Source: a virus
Length of the DNA: 64,000 nucleotides
IMG/VR virus record: IMGVR_UViG_3300032285_003393
Location: 37,704 to 101,703 of that record
Reading direction: 5' to 3' (one strand)
Below the pieces are notes generated by a model. It saw only the letters and a program-made list of their open reading frames with translations. It did no database searches and was not told the DNA's origin. Every line of letters starts with the position of its first letter. Position 1 is the first letter of the stretch. Below, piece after piece: positions 19,807-30,900 of the stretch. The position numbers and the translations under genes are program-made.

Positions 19807-22800
19807 TTATTCAAAAATCATGGGTTTTAAAACTAAGTGTGTGGTAAGACCTTCATTAGATGTTTGACTTATTGATTTAACAAAATAATAAGCAGTTTTT
19901 TGAGTTCCTATACGCTTTAAAGTATATGTAAACTTACAAAAATCTCCAAGTTGCACTAGTGGATTTCCAAAGACTTGAATGGATATTTCTTTATGGAACC
20001 CGTTTAAAAGTGCTGCAGAATCAAGAAGAATTCTATAGGCATCTGCTTCTCCTTGAATCCAGTCTGTAGTCATTTGAACAGAAGTATTAGCATATCTTTT
20101 ATCAATAACCTTTTGTATTGTCACTGGGTTTGTTAAAAATTGATAATTAGACTGTATCTGTAATGGAAATACTGTTAAGTTCCCCACGCTGTCGCCTGGG
20201 GCTTTTAGCCACAATAATTCATTATGGTTGTTTGAAACTACGAATCTTGATCTAAACGGGGTGACAGCCAAATTAGAATATGACCCATTCCATGCATCTA
20301 CTCTTTGTAGAATTAAATTAGTTAAATTATCTTTAGTTGTAGCAACTCCATAATAAATTTTTTCTATGGTTGCAGTAGTTGGAAGAATAGGAGATAAAGA
20401 ATGCTTTACGTCATAGAACTTGATGCCACGAATTTGAGGTTTTGCTTGCCATAAATAATGATCAACAAAATTTGGTAGCCCATGAACAAGATTGTCTAGG
20501 AATGTCTCTGAATTAAAATGATATCTTGGAAGATAATTAAAATCTGCTTTATTATTTAATTTGTCAATTACTGGAAAATTAGAAGCATAAATTTCAGTAA
20601 ATTTGACAGAAGCTGTTCCAGCTGCTTTACATTGTACAAATGCTCCAAAATTGGATGAAGTATTTGGAATTAAGCTTGATAGGTTATTTGACAATTGCAA
20701 TTTTGCAATTTCTCTTCCATCAATATAAATATATAAAAATGGGTTTGACATGTAGACTGAAATTCTATGATTGTATCCATCAAATAAATCCATTACAACT
20801 GTTTGGCTATATGTCTTTACAGTTTTATTTATACCATTATCAGAAATATACTTTTGAGCAGTTCCGCCTGGGCTTCCAGATGTTAATTCAATTAATGTGT
20901 TATTCTTACCGTATCTAGAAAATGTCAGGAACTGGGCTGCAGTAGTATCCCCATTGACAACATTAAAGAAAAGACCAGCTTTTGTTTGCCCCGCATGTCT
21001 GTAAGTTGAATTAAACTGAACTGCAAAATAATTATAATGCTTAGAAAGTTCATTTGGAGATAATAGTGTTGAACTATTTATTGTAGAATTTGAAACTTTG
21101 CTTGTGCCATATGTGAATGCCACTCCATCTCCAAGGGTAGATAATGACACTGAAGATGCTCCGCTTGACATCTTGCCAGACAAAAAGTATCCTGATGGAT
21201 TAATTGTTCCAGGGATTTCGCTTGTTCCTCCAGCTGCACTGTCATAAATATTATGATCTTTTATTGGAGTATTGTATTTTCCTCTCATAACACCCACAGC
21301 TTTGCCAGTAGGATAATATCTTATCTCATCAAAAGATTTGCCTAGGGAACTGACGTAGTCTTTTATCTCTTTCACTGCATTGTCAATATCAGAAGGCATA
21401 GTAATAATTTTATTGATAGTTAAGTTTAGATTATTACTTGGAAAAAATGTATATTCAAGTCCTTCATAAGATATAATCTCTGAGCCTACAAATACATCTC
21501 CATGGTTATTTCCGATGGTAGTTGCCATATTCAAAATAATTGATGGATCAAAATTAAAATAGTTTTGATAAGAGTTCATTGATTTAGATATTTGTGTACA
21601 TGGCAAGGCTGACTCTGTATCTTCTTGCCAGACAGTCTTTACAGAATCTTTTTTCTTTGATATAAGACCAACTTGAGAATTTAAATCTGAAACATAATCA
21701 CTATATAAAGTATTAGGCATTCTATAACTAATAACTACTTTTCCGACCTTTGGACCAATATTTTCATTAAATGTCCCTGGAATAATATTTGCAGTATAAC
21801 TTATTCCATCTATAGTTTCTGCTCTATCTCCTACAAAAAAGTCTGGAATAAAAGTTGAAGAATTAAATTTATTCATAATTGATTTAAGGCTTATAAAATT
21901 CAATATCCCATATTCATCAAAAAATCCTGAAATCTGATGAGATATAAATAGACTTTGTAAAATATCAAAAAGTGTTATTGTTTCGTCACACCAGAAATAA
22001 TTAATTTTTGCTTTTTGATCTACAGCCTCAGCTAGGCTATCATAGTTATAATCGCTGAATCCAGAGATGTTTAATAGATCTGTTATGATTTCTAAAAGCC
22101 CCGCATTTGTAGCAGAATACTGAGGTGCTGTCATTGCCATCATTAGATATTTTGCCTGATCAAAGCCATTGATAGCAACTGAATCAATATCATTAATGTC
22201 CCATGAGTCTGAATAAAATACTCCTGAAGGAATCTTGTCTGAAAATGAATTTAATGGAGATGAATAAAAACATGAGAACTTTACTCCCTGTCTCATTAAA
22301 TTATAAAACGTAGCTTCTGTTGAATCGTTTTCAAAAATAGTAAAGGGAAGTCCATTATAGTATACTGGGATATTACTTACTGATAAGTTTAAGTTATTAG
22401 AACTTATATAGCCAATTGGGAAAGAATTATCTGATCCTTGAGAAACTTCTTTATTAATTGTTTTATTAAGCAACAAAGGAGAAATATCAATTTCTAATCT
22501 AGGAGATATCTCAACTATGCCGAATGTTGTTGCAGATAAACTATTTTGAGTTTCAATATATACATTATCGGTATTAGGGGTTATACCAGTTATTTGAAGC
22601 TTTATTCCTTTTATTGCTACATATAAGTTTGAACCAGAGTAGGTTTGAATTTGTCCATTTTGGTTTAGCTGTGGGGGAGCTCCCCATTGTGTTTGAGACC
22701 AGGAAGATCCATTATAATACAATACAGCAGTCCCGTCATTTCCAAAAGTTAAATTAGAAATTATTGTAGTATCGCCCGAAGATGTGGTTATTATTACTGA

Positions 22801-24195
22801 ATTACCAGTAGCCTTTGAATAGAACTTGTCCATCTTCAAAACTATTTTATTTATTTTAAGATAGGTATCATAGTAGGATTGAATTCCTGTTGTTGTTAAA
22901 CCTGGTTGAGAAACATAATATTTAAAATTATCATATATAGATGGAAGATATTGTTTAAATGGATATGCATTCTGAACAATAATTTCAGGATTTTGAGTAT
23001 AAAAAGAACAAGGTCTTTCAACTTGATTCCATGATCCATAATTAACATATCTTGATTGATCTGTAGAAGGCAATAATGGATTTAATAAAGATTCGCCTGG
23101 ACGTGCTGGATTAAAAACAGAATCTGTTGGATAGTAAGAGTTAAATAAACAATCATATTCGGTTACTTCATAAATTTGAAAATTGTCAGCATAAAAATCA
23201 TACCCTTGATATTCCGCATAAGAGTTTAATGTTATCTGAATATTATTAAATGAATTAGTAGCAGAAGATGTTCCAAACCAAACCTCCACCTTTTTCCAGC
23301 TAGACGGGTCTACTAGTGCTGTTCCTGATGGCACATAGTTTTCAGAATTTGCATCGTCAAAAATTTTTGTAAAGTAAAAGGCATTTTTTAATGTTGCACC
23401 ACTATAGCATTTTACCTCTGGACTGATATATACTTTATTAGTAAAGTTTGCAGAAGGATATTTGTTATTATTTTGTCCAGTAACTATATTATCTGTAAAA
23501 GTAACAATATTTCCTGTACTAGCAACAGTAGTTAAATAGATTGGATTATTATCATTTTGTATACTTGATCTGTATATCTCGTATCCAGATGCTCCCGTTG
23601 AAGTTGCTATGTCTAATATTACCTGTGAATTTGAAAGATTAGAAAATGTTATTTGATCTGTAAAACCTGAATAGTCTAGACCATAGGATTCCCCGTCCGA
23701 ACCAACAGTTACAACTCTATAATACCAAGTAGTAGTTCCTGTTGGAGATCCAGGGTGTAGGGCTACTGGAGTGCCAGTGTAGTCACCAATTGATATAGGA
23801 GTCCCGTATGTTTGAATAGTTTTTGATTTTAAATAAAAAACAGCTTTGTAGTATTTGCTGCTTGGAGTTGAGGCTACAGTAATTGAAGCAGAAGTTATTT
23901 TGTCTCCATTGCCTATAACATGAAACTGGGGACAAGTTGCAGATGGTCTAACATCAGTAATTCTTCCTGCTGCTGTTGATACGGTAGAACTATTTAAAGA
24001 TGTCCATGAACCACTTTGAGATAAGTTAAGTGATGGATTTAAAGAAGATAATAAATCTCCACTTGTTGATGAAGCAGTAACAGATGGAGAATAGAAAGTA
24101 TTATAGTTCCATTCTGCATATACATTTGGAATAAGATTGATTGCTGAAGATGAAGCAAAGACTTGCTTTGCATTAGTATCGGTTACATTTAGCAT
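19807..24195 (-). CDS. Large minor tail / baseplate hub protein
   Basis: 1462 aa, second gene after TMP; FFDEYG and C-terminal GNPLVQLGD hub-type motifs. Confidence 0.75.
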   Translation of the reverse strand: MLNVTDTNAKQVFASSSAINLIPNVYAEWNYNTFYSPSVTASSTSGDLLSSLNPSLNLSQSGSWTSLNSSTVSTAAGRITDVRPSATCPQFHVIGNGDKITSASITVASTPSSKYYKAVFYLKSKTIQTYGTPISIGDYTGTPVALHPGSPTGTTTWYYRVVTVGSDGESYGLDYSGFTDQITFSNLSNSQVILDIATSTGASGYEIYRSSIQNDNNPIYLTTVASTGNIVTFTDNIVTGQNNNKYPSANFTNKVYISPEVKCYSGATLKNAFYFTKIFDDANSENYVPSGTALVDPSSWKKVEVWFGTSSATNSFNNIQITLNSYAEYQGYDFYADNFQIYEVTEYDCLFNSYYPTDSVFNPARPGESLLNPLLPSTDQSRYVNYGSWNQVERPCSFYTQNPEIIVQNAYPFKQYLPSIYDNFKYYVSQPGLTTTGIQSYYDTYLKINKIVLKMDKFYSKATGNSVIITTSSGDTTIISNLTFGNDGTAVLYYNGSSWSQTQWGAPPQLNQNGQIQTYSGSNLYVAIKGIKLQITGITPNTDNVYIETQNSLSATTFGIVEISPRLEIDISPLLLNKTINKEVSQGSDNSFPIGYISSNNLNLSVSNIPVYYNGLPFTIFENDSTEATFYNLMRQGVKFSCFYSSPLNSFSDKIPSGVFYSDSWDINDIDSVAINGFDQAKYLMMAMTAPQYSATNAGLLEIITDLLNISGFSDYNYDSLAEAVDQKAKINYFWCDETITLFDILQSLFISHQISGFFDEYGILNFISLKSIMNKFNSSTFIPDFFVGDRAETIDGISYTANIIPGTFNENIGPKVGKVVISYRMPNTLYSDYVSDLNSQVGLISKKKDSVKTVWQEDTESALPCTQISKSMNSYQNYFNFDPSIILNMATTIGNNHGDVFVGSEIISYEGLEYTFFPSNNLNLTINKIITMPSDIDNAVKEIKDYVSSLGKSFDEIRYYPTGKAVGVMRGKYNTPIKDHNIYDSAAGGTSEIPGTINPSGYFLSGKMSSGASSVSLSTLGDGVAFTYGTSKVSNSTINSSTLLSPNELSKHYNYFAVQFNSTYRHAGQTKAGLFFNVVNGDTTAAQFLTFSRYGKNNTLIELTSGSPGGTAQKYISDNGINKTVKTYSQTVVMDLFDGYNHRISVYMSNPFLYIYIDGREIAKLQLSNNLSSLIPNTSSNFGAFVQCKAAGTASVKFTEIYASNFPVIDKLNNKADFNYLPRYHFNSETFLDNLVHGLPNFVDHYLWQAKPQIRGIKFYDVKHSLSPILPTTATIEKIYYGVATTKDNLTNLILQRVDAWNGSYSNLAVTPFRSRFVVSNNHNELLWLKAPGDSVGNLTVFPLQIQSNYQFLTNPVTIQKVIDKRYANTSVQMTTDWIQGEADAYRILLDSAALLNGFHKEISIQVFGNPLVQLGDFCKFTYTLKRIGTQKTAYYFVKSISQTSNEGLTTHLVLKPMIFE

Positions 24196-24947
24196 TAAAT
24201 CTCCGTGAATTGCATTGAAACATTAACATAATCAGTTAAGGTAAAACGTTTTACAACTTCATACTGGAAATTAGTAATAAAAGCTGTATACAATTCTGTT
24301 CCCTTTCTAGGTGTTGCCGTTTTAGTTGTCCCGCTTGGAGTTGCTATGCTTATATTAGAAACTGCAAATTGTGTTGAAGTTACAGCATTAACTATGTAAC
24401 TTCCATTATACTCTACTGGAAATATTCCTGCGATGTCTACAACTTGCCCAGCCGATAATCCATGTGCTGAACTTGTTGTATATGTTACTGATCCAGTTGT
24501 AGGGGTAGATAAAGAATACCCTGGAGTTATTGTAGAAATAGTTAAAGGGGTTAATGATGTACCAGATTGAGATGAAGAAAAGTTTCCAGATGCTACTGTA
24601 TCTGTTGAATTAATTACTCTCACATATATAGGTTGAAAAACATACTTATTGTAAAATGCTTTCATAAAACCTGCTCCATAATTTCCATCTGTAGTTGGAG
24701 CAAATGGACCTGTTGATCCTCCTCCTGTATAAAGAGTAGATGATGCTGCTGGAATATATTTCCAGGAGACATCTATAACATTCTTACTGGCAATAACAAA
24801 TTTTCTCATAGTTCCGTTTGCCATTCTTTGAGATTGTTCAATTCTCATAGGGTTACTATTGATAGCATCTCTATTGTCATCTGTTAACTTATACCAAGTG
24901 CTGTTATCTGGAGAAATCCAAATTCCTGAGTCTATTGAACGTGCCAT
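24195..24947 (-). CDS. Distal tail protein-like (first gene after TMP)
   Basis: RMANGTMRKFVIA motif, position; carries an inserted beta domain. Confidence 0.65.
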   Translation of the reverse strand: MARSIDSGIWISPDNSTWYKLTDDNRDAINSNPMRIEQSQRMANGTMRKFVIASKNVIDVSWKYIPAASSTLYTGGGSTGPFAPTTDGNYGAGFMKAFYNKYVFQPIYVRVINSTDTVASGNFSSSQSGTSLTPLTISTITPGYSLSTPTTGSVTYTTSSAHGLSAGQVVDIAGIFPVEYNGSYIVNAVTSTQFAVSNISIATPSGTTKTATPRKGTELYTAFITNFQYEVVKRFTLTDYVNVSMQFTEI

Positions 24948-27900
24948 TATACTGTTCTCCTAGTTTGCTGCTTACTAGCAGCTTGATTAAGTTTTGTAAG
25001 TACCAAATTAGCAATATGATTAGAATCTGATCCTTGTGGTGGGAATAGATTTATAACATTTCCACCGACTGAAGTTGAACTATTTACTGCATCTGAAATT
25101 GATGCTGTTGCAAATGAACCTAGAGATGATGGAACTTTATATGTCTTATTATTTATAGCATCCATAAATGCTGTACCATATTTAGTCACCGAACCTGCAT
25201 TAACAACGTATTCTCCATTTGAAAGCATTGCTGGAATTGAATCAGATGTTCCTGTTCCAGCTCCAATTAGCAATCCAGTAGCTGCGTGAATAATTCCGCC
25301 CCTTGCTTTTTTAACAGGGTCAGGAGCTACTACAGTAGTTGATACAGCAACACTTAAGTGGGCTATAGTTACTGGACCAACAATTGTAGAGTTATTTGCA
25401 GCAATTGAACTGCTACCCTTAACAGTAGTATTTGAAGCACCAGTATTTGTTACTGTATGATGTCCTGTATTTGAAACTGTATGATTTCCAGAATTGGTTG
25501 TTTTGTGAGCTCCACTATTTGTTGTTGTATGTGCTCCAGAGTTTGTAGTCTTATGTGCTCCAGAGTTTGTTGTTGTGTGTGCTCCACTATTAGTAGTCTT
25601 GTGAGATCCAGAGTTTGTTGTTGTATGACTTCCTGTATTTGTAGTTGTGTGATTTCCACTATTTGTAGTTTTATGGTTTCCTGCATTAGTGTTTGTTTGC
25701 TCTCCAGTGCTTTTGTTATCTATTTTTCCAGAGTTTGTATTTTCTACTTTACCTTTATTTTCAACTTTTGTTGTTTTTGTAGAATTTCCTTTACCACCAC
25801 TTAATAATAATCCTAATAGTTGACCAGCTAAATCTGTTCCAAATCCCCATGCTCCTCCAGACAAAGCACCTGCAGTAGTTCCTGCTCCAGGAACTACTGA
25901 TCCTACTACAGCTCCTGCTCCTGCTGAAATTGCTGTTGATTTACCAAGTTCTGTAGCACTAAATTTACCAGTTTTCTGTGCATTTTGAAAAGCATCCCAA
26001 GTACTCAGTGCTGCTCCTACTGGACCAAGGACTTTAGTTGTTTTAGCAACTACTTTTCCAACTGTTCCTTTTGCAACTTTTTTAAGAATACTTGTTGGTT
26101 TTGATAATACTTTTTTAGCTGCTGTAATAGGAGCCGAAATCTTTTTAAGAATTCCTTTGCCAGTGTCAAATATTGATTCTAGTGCTGCAGGAACTTTAAT
26201 TTCAGGCCACTTTAATTTACCAAACCATTCTTTAAGTCCTACAAGCCATTTTGGTTCTGTAAACTCAGGCCACTTAAATCCTTCTAACCACTTAGGCTTT
26301 AGGAATTCAGGCCATTTAATATTTTTTACCCATTCAGGCTTTAGGAACTCAGGCCATTTAAATCCTTCTAACCACTTTGGTTTCAAGAACTCAGGCCATT
26401 TAAACTCTTTTAACCATTTTGGCATTAATTCTGGAATAACTGGAATAACTGGTTTATCTGCTGGGGTAGGGAGAGTTCTATGTGATATGTCAAATGCATC
26501 TGCAAACTTTTTCGCCTCTGGGCCTTGTCCAATTTGTGCAGCTGCTAGGGCTTCTAGATCTTTTTGAACTTTAGCATTTGCTGCTGCTGCAGCTGCTTTT
26601 TGTTCTACACTTGCAGTTCCAGATTTCTTTGCGTTTAACTTATCAATTTCTGCTTGCAAAGCATCAATCTTATTTTGAGATGATCTATCTGCATTAGCCT
26701 TGGCATTAGCCATAGCGTCTTTAGTCTTTTGAATATTTAGGTTTTGTTGTGCAACAGCCATTTGCAAAAGATTTCCAGATCCTCTTGCTTTAACAACATC
26801 TGCTTCAAGATTCATTTGTTGTTGCTGTGCTTCAATGTTTCTCATCTGAGCATTATAAAGCTCATCTCTCTTTTTTACCTCATCTTGAATTGTCTTAATC
26901 TTCTTTTCATTTGCCTTAACTGCAATTTCATCATCTTTAGTAAATGTATCACCTTGAGCAATTTTATTTAATTCATCTGCTTTTGCTTGATCAGCTGACA
27001 ATTGTGCTTTTGCCTTTTCAACATCCGCCTTAATTTTATCTTGATATGTAGCAAATGCGGTTCTAAATTGATCAAGATGTGTAGAAGCCCAGTCAATTGC
27101 ATTTGTTGATTGGAAAAACCCTGCAGCGAATGCTTGATTTAATTGAATAATATTTTGTAGTGATGTTCCATTCTTATCAAGTTGTTCATTTAATTTAGCA
27201 AGTGCTGGATTAGATAAAGAAACTTCTTTATTCCATAGACCGAATGATTCTCTTGATCCTAGCAAGGCCTGAGCGAATGCATCTAACTTTGTCTTACCCT
27301 TGTCTAGATTTGCTAGATATGTTGGACTTACCAATTCTTCATATGAAGTTGGTTTTGATGTAAGTTGTTTAAGAAGTTGAGATTGTCCAAGTGATTGATA
27401 GTAACCAGTATCTTTTGCTTTCAATGAAGGCATCAATGCCCCTAAGCCTAGGTGGGCAATATTAGATATATTACTCTCACTTGTCCTTCCAAATATAAGA
27501 CCTCTTATTTGATTTGATAAACTGTTTGCTCCTTGAGATTGAGCTGTTCCTAATGCTTGCCCCGCCAAAATTTGTTTTTGTAGCGTTGATGCTTTTGAAA
27601 TATTATCATAAGCTTGCGTCAACTTATCAGCAGAAGATGTTGCTTTCTTTTGAGAATCAGATAATTTATCATAAGTTTTTAGCTGAACATCTTGCATTTG
27701 AATTTGAGTTTTTAAAGCACTTGAATCTGTTATTCTATATGAATTAATTTGATCCGCAGCACTTTGATAATTTTTAACAATTGCATCACTTGCTTGCTTT
27801 GCTGCTTCATCTGAATTTTTAAATGCTAGTTGCAACCCACCTAATGCTGCTGTTAGACCACCTACTGCCAGTCCTACAGGACCTGCCATTCCTGCAAACT

Positions 27901-30900
27901 TGCTAAATTGTAAAACCATTGCTGCAGTTGATCCCATTGCTATAGCAGATTGAGCTGTACTCTGAGCACCAGAAAGATCTTTTCCTCCTATTTGGCTTGG
28001 AACCATGCTAATTGCCATAGGTGCTAGCATTCCCATTCCCATCATTGCCATAGGGTTACTTGCTGCATTTTTCAATCTTGATAGAGGGCCAAGTGGTGCT
28101 GGGTTCATTCCTGGTCGTAATCCTGGCATGCCTAGGAATGTCTGTGTGCCAATTCCTGGCAAAGACATTTGACTAAATCCAGATGTAAGGTTGCTGCCAG
28201 CTTTTCTACCAGCAGCTAAAGATAACTCTTCTAGAGGAATAAATACTTTTTTGTTGAATCCTCTTTCAACACTTCCTGTAATTGCAGGTAATTTTAACTC
28301 TAATTCTTGTTGAACTGCAGTCATCAATTGAGATGCTGAAGTTGTAACCATTGGAGCATGTTTTTCAAGTCCATGAGCTAATCCAGAATCAATATCTTTT
28401 GAAACTAAAATTGCTTCTTGAGAATCAGAATTTGCACGAACTGCTCTTCTAACTCTTTTTATTAATCTTTTTCCTAAGCTTTCTGCATATGTTTCTGCTT
28501 CGCCTGTACCAAACGATCCTGGAACGCTTCCAGATAATGTTGATATTGCAGCCTCTGGAACACCAAATCCAGTTTTCATTATAGATTGAGAATAAGGAAT
28601 TAATTCTCCATTTGGATTTCTCCAGAATGTCTCTCCTGTTCCTTGACGAAGTTCTCTTTCAGAACCAGTTCCCCTATATTGTTGACCTCTTGTTGCAACA
28701 ACATTTGCAAATACATCGGGCAATGACATTTGTCCACTTGCTCCAGGAACTGCAGTTTGGATTCCGCCTAATTCTCTTCTCATCACACTTTCTGTAAATG
28801 ATTCAAAACTTTGTTGTCCAGGGTTGCTTCCAAATATTTTTCTAGGTGCTCTATCTTGCATTCTTGCAAGACGTTCTTCTGCTTTTGCACGACGCTCTAC
28901 TCTATCAATTAATTTTTGATATGCAGCATCTAGCTTACGGTCTGTTTCTACTTGATCTGTTCCATCTGGCATTATTCTTGATGCTACTTTTTTCATCAAT
29001 GCCATAGGATCTAATTTTTCTCCACCCTTACCAGTTAGCTGTGGGAACAATCTCAACTCTTGAAGAACTTCTTCTCCTGTTGCTCCGCCTGCACCTCTTC
29101 TTGTTAACTGATTTAGTCTTGCAGTACCACCCATAAGTGCTCCTGCGGTTGAAGTATCAATTCTTTCTAATCTTCTTGCTGGGCCTATAAGTCTTTCATA
29201 AACACTTGTTAAAGCAGATAAGATTCCTCCAGATTGCTCTGAAAAAATATGAAGTTTCTGAACAGTAACATCCATAAAGTCTCCTGCATCTGTAGCAAAA
29301 AGACCTTTAGAGTATCCTGGAACTTTATTACTAATAATTGAATTAATTAAAGATCCATACTTTGAAGATTGTGCTTTAGGAATTACTGTTTCGCCTGGAG
29401 TAAGCATTGCTGCATAAGTATCTTTGTTTCCAGTCCCTGGAACAATTCCTCCTGTTGCCATTTTTGGAAGATGAGTTAAAGGAGATTTTGCTCCACCCAT
29501 AGGCATACCTGCTGCAGCTGCTTGAGCAGCAGCAAGTGATTCAAATTGTAAAGTTAATTGTCTAATAGATGCATTTAAAATATCAAAAGCTTTTGCATTT
29601 GATGTAATTGCTTCTGGCATTAAGTCTAGTTGTCTTCTTGCTGCAACCATTCCAAGATCTAGGTTCTCGTAGAAGTTTCTTAGATTTTGTACTCCCGCTG
29701 CAAACTTACTCTGAGTTTCAGATGCTTGTTCCATTCCTTGACGGAACATTCTAATATAATTAGCACCCTTCATCAAGTTACCAATTAAGTTAGCAAATAA
29801 ACCTGTAAGCATTAAGATAGGACCAATTAATACTAATCCAGCAAATCCGCCTCCAAATACTTTACCTAGCAGGCCTGCAACTGGGCCAAGAATATGGGAC
29901 AGATTTTGGAACATTTTTAGAACCTTGTCTACAATATTTCCAATTCTTGTAAATGAATTTAAAAATGCTTCACCCATTGGAAGAAGATCTGCTTTAACAG
30001 TCTCTATCATTCTCTTGAATTGACCACTTGCAGATTCTGTTTGTGTTTTTAATTCGTTTGAAGCAAGTGTTGCTAATTCTGTTGTAGACGCACCCATCAA
30101 GTTAAATACTGTTTGTGTTTGACTTCCAGCTTTATTTATATTGTCAAGAAGTGCTTGTACTCTTGCAAACTGGAATTTACCAAACATCTTTTCAATTAAT
30201 TGTGCCTGTGAAAGTCTATCTAAATTCTTCATTTGATCTGCTAGAGCTTTTAACATTTGAATAGGAGCCCCGCCAGTTTTTGTTGCTATTGATTGAAGAT
30301 CAATGTTATATTGTTTAAATGCAGTTTGTGCATTTTTTGTTGGATTAATAAGAGAAGATAATGCAGACTTAATTGCGTTTGCACCTTGTGCTGCAGGAAC
30401 TCCTGCTTCTTTCATTGCAACCATCATTGCTGCAGTATCTTTAAATGATCCACCTAATTGCTGAACAATAGGTCCAACTCTTGGAATTGCATCAACCAAA
30501 TCTTGAAGAGATGTTGAAGTTTGGTTTTCAACTGCGTTAAGAAAGTTAACTGCTTCTGATAATCCTTGTGTACTTAACTTATATACATTTTGTAAAGATA
30601 CTGTTGCTTGCATTGCTTGTTGATGATCTAACTCTCCAAGCGTTGCGAGTCTTAATGATTCTTTTGTTGCATTTAATAGTTTGCTTCCCTCAAGGCCTGT
30701 TGCAGCTAAGTCTGCTGCCATGGCAGCCGTGTCTTGCATTGAAGTTCCAAGGGTTCTTGCTAATTCATTCCCTAGTGCCTGAACATCTGTTCTAATTTGC
30801 TTTAATGCTGCTTGAGTTGGCTGAATAAGACCAGTGCCATATACTTTTTGCATTCTAGTTAATTCTTTATCAACTGTATTAAATGCAGTTGCAATGCTCG

